Assembly: GCA_963823065.1 (NCBI GenBank)
Contig: CAWGJX010000004.1
Coordinates: forward strand, 1,088,139 to 1,152,138
DNA length: 64,000 nucleotides
Direction of reading: 5' to 3'
Origin: an uncultured Bacteroidales bacterium
Lineage (GTDB): Bacteria > Bacteroidota > Bacteroidia > Bacteroidales > VadinHA17
Of the stretch, positions 58,286-64,000 are shown piece after piece; positions within the stretch are counted from its first letter, which is position 1, and each line of letters begins with the position of its first letter. Position numbers and translations under genes: made by a program. The notes beneath the pieces were generated by a model. That model did not search any database. It was not told the origin of the DNA and was given only the letters and a program-made list of their open reading frames with translations.

Positions 58286-59185
58286 ATGGTAAAGAAAATT
58301 ATTTTAACACTTTTATTTTTGTTCATAGCCATAATTGCTTCGTTTTTTATCTGGCGATATTGGAACTATGTACATGATAAGGACCCTAATAAAACATTTT
58401 TGTTACCACGTCTGGAGTTGTCTGAGTTAGAAATTACTTCACTTACTTCTCAGAAAACAGAAATGATGGTAAAAGCGGATATCAAAAATCAACTTCCACT
58501 GTCATTTACAATAGATAGTTTTCAATACACGATTTTTATCAATGATATTGAGATACTTAAAGATCACTACAAAAAATCAATTTCATTGAAAAGAAATACC
58601 AGCAGCCTGATTTCGCTCCCAATAACAATTTTCAATGACTCACTTTCTTCAGTCATAAAAGCAAACAGGCGGGAAAATGTTGATTCCATTGAATTTCATT
58701 TTCATGGCTCTTTCTTTACAGATATTTTCTTTAAAAAGAAATTTAATATTGATATTAAAAGGTTAATTCCGAGGTTCTATATTCCGGAAGTAAAAGCAGA
58801 ACATTTCGATATAGATTCAATTAATTTCTCCAGAGCGGTCGTTCAGTTGCTCGTTTCAATAAATAATAAAAATGCATTTTCGTTCAAAGCTGACAGCATA
58901 GCTTATGAGGTTTCCATCGAAGACAATCAATGGATTAAAGGATCAATTTCTGGTTTTACTGATATTCATGCAAAAAGTGTTAGCAATCTTACAATCCCTC
59001 TAACAATTTCTTTTAAAGAAGTGAGTAAAACGCTTTGGGATTTGCTTACAAGAGGTAACAAAGTACGTTACAATCTCCATCTCACTTTCAAAATTGAATC
59101 AGATAATAATATGGTAAATAAAAGCAAAGTAATTCTTGAAAGTGAAGGTTCGGTAAAATCATTAATGAAAGTTTTAAAGAAATAA
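58286..59185 (+). CDS. membrane-anchored protein with two LEA_2 / WHy-like (late-embryogenesis-abundant type 2) domains
   Basis: 299-aa ORF with an N-terminal TM segment. Two repeats show the pattern ...V.v.N.n.f.f.idS..Y.i.i.d......g......i.a.s...l.iPltI... Assignment is by pattern only. Confidence 0.5.
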   Translation: MVKKIILTLLFLFIAIIASFFIWRYWNYVHDKDPNKTFLLPRLELSELEITSLTSQKTEMMVKADIKNQLPLSFTIDSFQYTIFINDIEILKDHYKKSISLKRNTSSLISLPITIFNDSLSSVIKANRRENVDSIEFHFHGSFFTDIFFKKKFNIDIKRLIPRFYIPEVKAEHFDIDSINFSRAVVQLLVSINNKNAFSFKADSIAYEVSIEDNQWIKGSISGFTDIHAKSVSNLTIPLTISFKEVSKTLWDLLTRGNKVRYNLHLTFKIESDNNMVNKSKVILESEGSVKSLMKVLKK

Positions 59186-59275
59186 ATCATGTCTGCCATT
59201 TGCATCATGCCTGGTTTGTATCAGGTAAAAAGAGGCGCACAAATAATGAATTAAGTCAAAAAAGAAAATGAATCA

Positions 59276-60658
59276 GTGAAAAATAAAAACAAAACTAAGT
59301 CAGAGGTGAAACCCTATGTCTATTTTGCAGTGGGGGTTGCTGCTCTTGGTGGCCTGCTCTTTGGTTATGATACCGGGGTGATCTCCGGTGCCATACTATT
59401 CATTAAAAAGCAGTTTTCTCTTTCTGCCACCATGGAGGAAATAGTTGTTAGTTCCGTTTTAGTGGGCGCAATCGTTGGTGCAGTAATTGGCGGTGCACTT
59501 ACCAATCGCTACGGACGGCGTAAAATGATAATACTCTCGGGCATTATTTTCACTATCAGTGCCATTGGCACTGCTTTTGCCCCTTCAGTTACCTTGTTAA
59601 TTACCGGCAGGTTGATTAGTGGAATCGCTATTGGTATTGCGTCATTTATTTCCCCCATGTATATAGGCGAATTGGTACCAACAAAGGTTCGCGGGTCATT
59701 GGTAGCGGTTAACATGCTTGCAATTACCACAGGAATTGTAATTGCCTATCTGGTTGACTATGCCTTCGCCGGCAGCAAGGGGTGGCGATATATGTTTGGT
59801 CTTGCGGCGATACCATCTATCGGTCTTGTCATTGGCATGTGGTTTTTGCCTGATAGTCCCCGTTGGCTGGTCAGTAAATCAAAAGTGCAACAGGCAAAGA
59901 AGGTTTTACAGCGTGTAAGAACCGAAGCTGATGTAAAGCCGGAAATTACGGATATCCAAAAAAGCATGGAAAAGCAGGGCAAGGGGGGTATTAAAGGATT
60001 ATTACAGCATTCACTAAAGATGCCCCTGATTGTCGGATTAGGGTTGGCAATATTTCAGCAGATAACAGGCATTAATACGGTAATCTATTACTCTCCGACT
60101 ATTTTTAAGTTTGCCGGCATTAATGGCGCAGGTCCCGCGATACTGGCTGGCGCCGGACTCGCAGGGGTTATGTGGTGCTTTCATGTGCTGGCCATCTTCC
60201 TGCTCGACAGGGTCGGAAGAAGGCCTTTATTATTAGCCGGTGTTGCCGGCCAGGTTATTGGCCTGGCGATCCTTGGCGCTGCTTTTCAATTTCCGCAGTT
60301 AGCAAGCTTTAAAAGTTATGTTGCTATTGGAGGTCTGGGTATCTATGTCGCTTGTTTTGCTTTTGGGCTTGGGCCTATTTTCTGGCTCTTAATTTCTGAG
60401 ATTTACCCTCTGAAGGTTCGTGGTGCGGCTATGAGCGCAGTAACAGTTACTAATTGGGCTATGAATCTTATTGTAGCGGTTACCTTTCTGAGCTTAGTCT
60501 CACTTTTAGGGCATGCATTAACTTTTTGGCTTTATGGAGTAATAGCTATCGCCGCATGGTTCTTTTTTTATAAGCTGGTACCTGAGACCAAAGGTAAAAG
60601 CCTTGAACAGATTGAAGAACATTGGCGGTCAGGAAAGTCCCCGCGGGCATTAAGATAA
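59276..60658 (+). CDS. MFS sugar porter (sugar:H+ symporter family)
   Basis: 460-aa ORF with a GTG start. Sugar-porter signatures are GGLLFGYDTGVISGA, NRYGRRKM, LPDSPRWL and VPETKGKSLEQIE. Confidence 0.9.
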   Translation: MKNKNKTKSEVKPYVYFAVGVAALGGLLFGYDTGVISGAILFIKKQFSLSATMEEIVVSSVLVGAIVGAVIGGALTNRYGRRKMIILSGIIFTISAIGTAFAPSVTLLITGRLISGIAIGIASFISPMYIGELVPTKVRGSLVAVNMLAITTGIVIAYLVDYAFAGSKGWRYMFGLAAIPSIGLVIGMWFLPDSPRWLVSKSKVQQAKKVLQRVRTEADVKPEITDIQKSMEKQGKGGIKGLLQHSLKMPLIVGLGLAIFQQITGINTVIYYSPTIFKFAGINGAGPAILAGAGLAGVMWCFHVLAIFLLDRVGRRPLLLAGVAGQVIGLAILGAAFQFPQLASFKSYVAIGGLGIYVACFAFGLGPIFWLLISEIYPLKVRGAAMSAVTVTNWAMNLIVAVTFLSLVSLLGHALTFWLYGVIAIAAWFFFYKLVPETKGKSLEQIEEHWRSGKSPRALR

Positions 60659-60693
60659 CGATACTTTACACACCTTTCTAAAGAGGATATAGA

Positions 60694-61902
60694 ATGAAAA
60701 ATAAGTTATCAATAAAAACAACTGATGTAAGCGTTCTGGCCATCAACAGTGGTTCGTCGAGCATCAAATTTGCTATGTATCGCATTGATGGGACGTTAGA
60801 ACGAATTCTATATGGAAAGGTTGACCGGATTGGGTTAAAAGGTACTAGTCTTGATTTTAACAACCTGATAAAGAATAAGAAAGGCAATATTCGGATTAAA
60901 GTCTCAGATCATAAATCGGTGGCAAATTTCCTGATTGACTGGCTTGAAAAGCAAATTGATTTTTCTTTGATAAGTGGGGTAGGACATCGTGTAGTTTTCG
61001 GAATGAAACATACTGATCCTGAACTAATCACTAATGAATTGTTGGATGAACTGCATCATATTATCGCATATGATTCAGATCATCTGCCTGCAGAGATTGA
61101 ATTGATTGAGGTTTTCATCCACCGTTATCCAAATTTGAAACAGGTGGCTTGTTTTGACACAGCGTTTCATCGCACAATGCCACGGGTGGCAAAATTGCTT
61201 CCTATTCCCAGACGGTTTGACAAGATTGGAATCCAACGATATGGTTTCCATGGATTATCATATGCCTATCTCATCGAAGAACTCATACGGGTAGCTGGGA
61301 AGAGAGTTGCCAATGGCCGGGTGATATTGGCCCATCTTGGAAACGGAGCGAGTCTGGCAGCCGTTCACAAAGGCAAGAGTGTTGATACAAGTATGGGATT
61401 CACACCTGCCGGTGGAATGATTATGGGCACCCGGCCTGGTGATTTGGATCCGGGTGTAGCCTGGTACATGATTAAGTCAGAGAATCTTACACCAAAACAG
61501 TTTAATAATCTGATCAATCATGAATCAGGTCTCCTCGGTATTTCTGAAACCAGTTCCGATATGCGCGATTTGCTTGATAAGGAATCCGATGATATCCGGG
61601 CTGCAGAAGCCGTTGCATTATTTTGCTACCAGGCAAAGAAATGGATAGGTTCTTTCGCTGCTGCACTTGGAGGCCTCGATACACTTGTTTTTGCCGGGGG
61701 TATCGGAGAAAATTGCCCTCTGGTACGATCAAGGATTTGTGAGGGTTTGGAATTTCTTGGGATCGGACTCGATGAGAAACAAAACAGAAAAAACGCCCGG
61801 ATTATATCAAAAAAGAAAAAAAATGTTGCTGTACATGTCATTCACACCGACGAGGAATGGATGATAGCTAAAACAGTCAATGAATTAATAAATATTAATT
61901 AA
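60694..61902 (+). CDS. ackA: acetate kinase
   Basis: 402-aa ORF with LAINSGSSSIKF, RYGFHGLSY and AGGIGEN. Confidence 0.92.
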   Translation: MKNKLSIKTTDVSVLAINSGSSSIKFAMYRIDGTLERILYGKVDRIGLKGTSLDFNNLIKNKKGNIRIKVSDHKSVANFLIDWLEKQIDFSLISGVGHRVVFGMKHTDPELITNELLDELHHIIAYDSDHLPAEIELIEVFIHRYPNLKQVACFDTAFHRTMPRVAKLLPIPRRFDKIGIQRYGFHGLSYAYLIEELIRVAGKRVANGRVILAHLGNGASLAAVHKGKSVDTSMGFTPAGGMIMGTRPGDLDPGVAWYMIKSENLTPKQFNNLINHESGLLGISETSSDMRDLLDKESDDIRAAEAVALFCYQAKKWIGSFAAALGGLDTLVFAGGIGENCPLVRSRICEGLEFLGIGLDEKQNRKNARIISKKKKNVAVHVIHTDEEWMIAKTVNELININ

Positions 61903-61918
61903 TGAAAGGAAAACAGCC

Positions 61919-62689
61919 ATGTTAATTAAAGCAAAATCCCTAAAAGGGTACAAATTAGACAGTAAAGATGGTGAAATTGGCAAAGTCAAAGAATTCTATT
62001 TCGATGACAAACATTGGGCTATTCGTTATCTAGTTGCCGATACTGGCAACTGGCTTACAGGCAACCAGGTGTTAATTTCTCCATATGCGTTGGATTCGAT
62101 AAATAAAGAAAAAGAAAAAATCGGTATTAATTTGACAAAAAAACAAATTGAGGACAGTCCGTCATTGGATAGTGACAAGCCAGTCTCGCACCAATTCGAG
62201 ATGGATTTCTACGGATATTATGGATATCCGATGTATTGGGGAGGCCCATACATGTGGGGAGCTTATCCATACATTATCCGTGATCGTGAAAAATGGGGAG
62301 CATCAATCCAGGATAAGAAAGATTGGGATCCTCATTTACGCAGTACTTACAATGTTAGCGACTATCAGATACAGGCCAAAGATGATGATATTGGCCATGT
62401 TGAAGATTTTATCATTGATGATGAGGCGTGGGCAATTCGATATCTAATAATCGATACAAAGAATTGGTGGCCGGGGAAAAAGGTTCTGGTTTCTCCGAAA
62501 TGGATCGAGCGCGTAAGTTGGAGCGAGTCAAAGGTCTTTGTTAATCTTACCCGTGATAATATTAAGCAGTCACCCGAGTACACGGAGAAGACTCTGTTAA
62601 CACGGGATTATGAAACAAAGTTGCATCAGCATTACAATCGACAGGGATATTGGTTTGAAGACCAGGCTATAAATAAATTAAGACAATGA
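61919..62689 (+). CDS. tandem PRC-barrel domain protein
   Basis: 256-aa ORF with two copies of ...G..v....g.iG.V.dF..DD..WAIRYL(V/I).DT.NW..G..VL(I/V)SP... Its stop overlaps the phosphoketolase ATG as ATGA. Confidence 0.75.
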   Translation: MLIKAKSLKGYKLDSKDGEIGKVKEFYFDDKHWAIRYLVADTGNWLTGNQVLISPYALDSINKEKEKIGINLTKKQIEDSPSLDSDKPVSHQFEMDFYGYYGYPMYWGGPYMWGAYPYIIRDREKWGASIQDKKDWDPHLRSTYNVSDYQIQAKDDDIGHVEDFIIDDEAWAIRYLIIDTKNWWPGKKVLVSPKWIERVSWSESKVFVNLTRDNIKQSPEYTEKTLLTRDYETKLHQHYNRQGYWFEDQAINKLRQ

Positions 62690-64000
62690 AAACAAGCAAA
62701 GTATCTGAAAAGAAAATAGTTAAGGAAGTAAGAGAAGGGTTCAGTGAGAACATTGTTCCCAAAAAGGAAAAGAAGGATAAAAAGGATAAACCATTAACGG
62801 CAGATCTGCTTCGAAAGATTAATGCTTACTGGCGTGCTGCCAACTATCTGTCAGTCGGGCAGATTTATCTCTACGATAACCCGCTGCTTAAGGAGCCGCT
62901 GAAAATGTCGCACGTGAAACCAATTGTGGTAGGACACTGGGGTACAACACCCGGCCAGAATTTTATATATGTTCATTTGAACAGGGTTATAAAAAAGTAT
63001 GATCTGGACATGTTCTACATTGCCGGTCCCGGTCACGGGGGGCCTGCTATTGTAGGCAACGTTTACCTCGAGGGCACATGGAGCGAAGTTTATCCTAATG
63101 TTACTCAGGACGAAGCCGGGCTGAAAAAACTGTTCAAACAATTCTCTTTTCCGGGAGGGATTTCCAGTCATGTAGCGCCTACAACTCCAGGGTCGATTCA
63201 CGAAGGTGGTGAACTGGGCTATTCGCTCAGCCATGCATTTGGTGCTGCCTTCGACAACCCGGAATTGATAGTTGCATGCGTAATAGGTGATGGTGAAGCA
63301 GAAACAGCCTCCCTTGCCACTGCCTGGCAGTCAAACAAGTTTCTTGATCCGGTCACCGACGGTGCCGTTTTGCCAATACTTCATCTTAACGGATACAAGA
63401 TCAGCAACCCGACAGTACTGGCCCGCATTGAGCATGAGGAGTTGGAACAATTTTTCCATGGCTGCGGATGGACACCTTACTTTGTGGAAGGGGATGATCC
63501 GGAAAAAATGCATCAACTCATGGCTGGCGTTTTGGAAAAGGTCATCGAGGATATCCGGCAAATCCAAAGTAATGCAAGGAAAAAGAATGATACCACCCGG
63601 CCACGCTGGCCCATGATTGTCCTGCGATCACTTAAAGGCTGGACGGGACCGAAAATCGTCGATGGACTGCCGGTAGAAGGCACATTCAGGTCGCACCAGG
63701 TACCGATCCTGGTAGATCCCGAACATCCAGATCATCTAAAACAACTTGAAAGCTGGATGAAGAGTTACAAAGCGGAAGAACTGTTTGATGAGAATGGTAC
63801 GCTCATCCCCGAACTGGCTGATTTGGCACCTAAAGGCGACCGGAGGATGGGCGCCAATCCGCATACCAACGGCGGTATTCTGCTACGTGACCTACGCATG
63901 CCTGATTTCCATGACCATGCACTCAAGGTGCCTTCTCCCGGTGCTATTAACGGACAAGATACACTCGTACTGGGCAGGTTCCTGCGTGACGTGGAAAAAC
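62686..64000 (+). CDS. xfp: xylulose-5-phosphate / fructose-6-phosphate phosphoketolase (5' part, runs off the right edge)
   Basis: ATG at 62686, open to the window end; not in the ORF track. My translation contains [52 protein letters not shown] and GDGEAETA. Confidence 0.92.
   Translation, partial: MKTSKVSEKKIVKEVREGFSENIVPKKEKKDKKDKPLTADLLRKINAYWRAANYLSVGQIYLYDNPLLKEPLKMSHVKPIVVGHWGTTPGQNFIYVHLNRVIKKYDLDMFYIAGPGHGGPAIVGNVYLEGTWSEVYPNVTQDEAGLKKLFKQFSFPGGISSHVAPTTPGSIHEGGELGYSLSHAFGAAFDNPELIVACVIGDGEAETASLATAWQSNKFLDPVTDGAVLPILHLNGYKISNPTVLARIEHEELEQFFHGCGWTPYFVEGDDPEKMHQLMAGVLEKVIEDIRQIQSNARKKNDTTRPRWPMIVLRSLKGWTGPKIVDGLPVEGTFRSHQVPILVDPEHPDHLKQLESWMKSYKAEELFDENGTLIPELADLAPKGDRRMGANPHTNGGILLRDLRMPDFHDHALKVPSPGAINGQDTLVLGRFLRDVEK

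Noticed and set aside
1-64000. Alternative genetic code (stop-codon reassignment) as the explanation for the many split genes
   Set aside because: The split genes whose fragment frames I compared change reading frame at the break, so these are indels rather than in-frame stops. The GT4 TAA (37237-37239) is the one clear exception. Conserved genes terminate normally with TAG (carboxyltransferase), TGA (gnd, zwf) and TAA (glgP), consistent with code 11.
1-64000. Prophage, transposon, integron or known defence island (restriction-modification, toxin-antitoxin, CBASS-like and similar)
   Set aside because: I recognised no integrase, transposase, recombinase, phage structural, nuclease/helicase or methyltransferase motifs in any ORF. 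I saw no tRNA gene or long direct repeat that could mark an integration site. The unknown ORFs (3977, 11610, 13856, 14723) are isolated and envelope-type.

Overview
AT-rich, gene-dense bacterial chromosomal window using the standard code (TAA, TAG and TGA all terminate conserved genes). Mostly Shine-Dalgarno-poor starts, TAnnTTTG-like -7 boxes and a Bacteroidetes-style CsbD-like mini-protein suggest a Bacteroidota/FCB-group genome; that is inference only. Left to right: an acyl-CoA carboxylase operon, an amino-sugar scavenging locus, a GT4, HtrA, and two unknown envelope proteins. Next come a LolA-like/FtsX/ABC export locus that is heavily frame-disrupted and a dense osmotic and ion-stress block. 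That block holds an APC-Usp permease, three MscS paralogs, a Kef-type CPA2-RCK antiporter, fused OtsA-OtsB, an OmpR-type two-component system and NhaD. A tight four-gene GT4 / GH130-like / LmbE / GT4-plus-helical-domain operon with no characterised product follows. The right third is a carbon-reserve and stress block: Usp, porin, pgm, glgP, GH144-like, gnd, zwf, HAD, GH15, LEA_2, sugar porter, ackA, PRC-barrel, xfp. I recognised no rRNA, tRNA, CRISPR, transposase, integrase or known defence genes. The points most worth a second look are these. (1) The uncharacterised glycoside operon at 36.4-42.2 kb. (2) A 41-nt promoter block with a CpxR-box-like GTTAAT-N5-GTTAAT direct repeat, shared by htrA and a neighbouring coiled-coil gene. 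(3) A family of heptamer/octamer-periodic palindromic intergenic elements confined to the first 9 kb, two of which bracket a small Cys-His protein gene. (4) More than 20 reading-frame disruptions clustered in particular operons, which are either assembly errors or gene decay. All functional calls come from motifs read in the supplied translations or my own translations. No database search was run.
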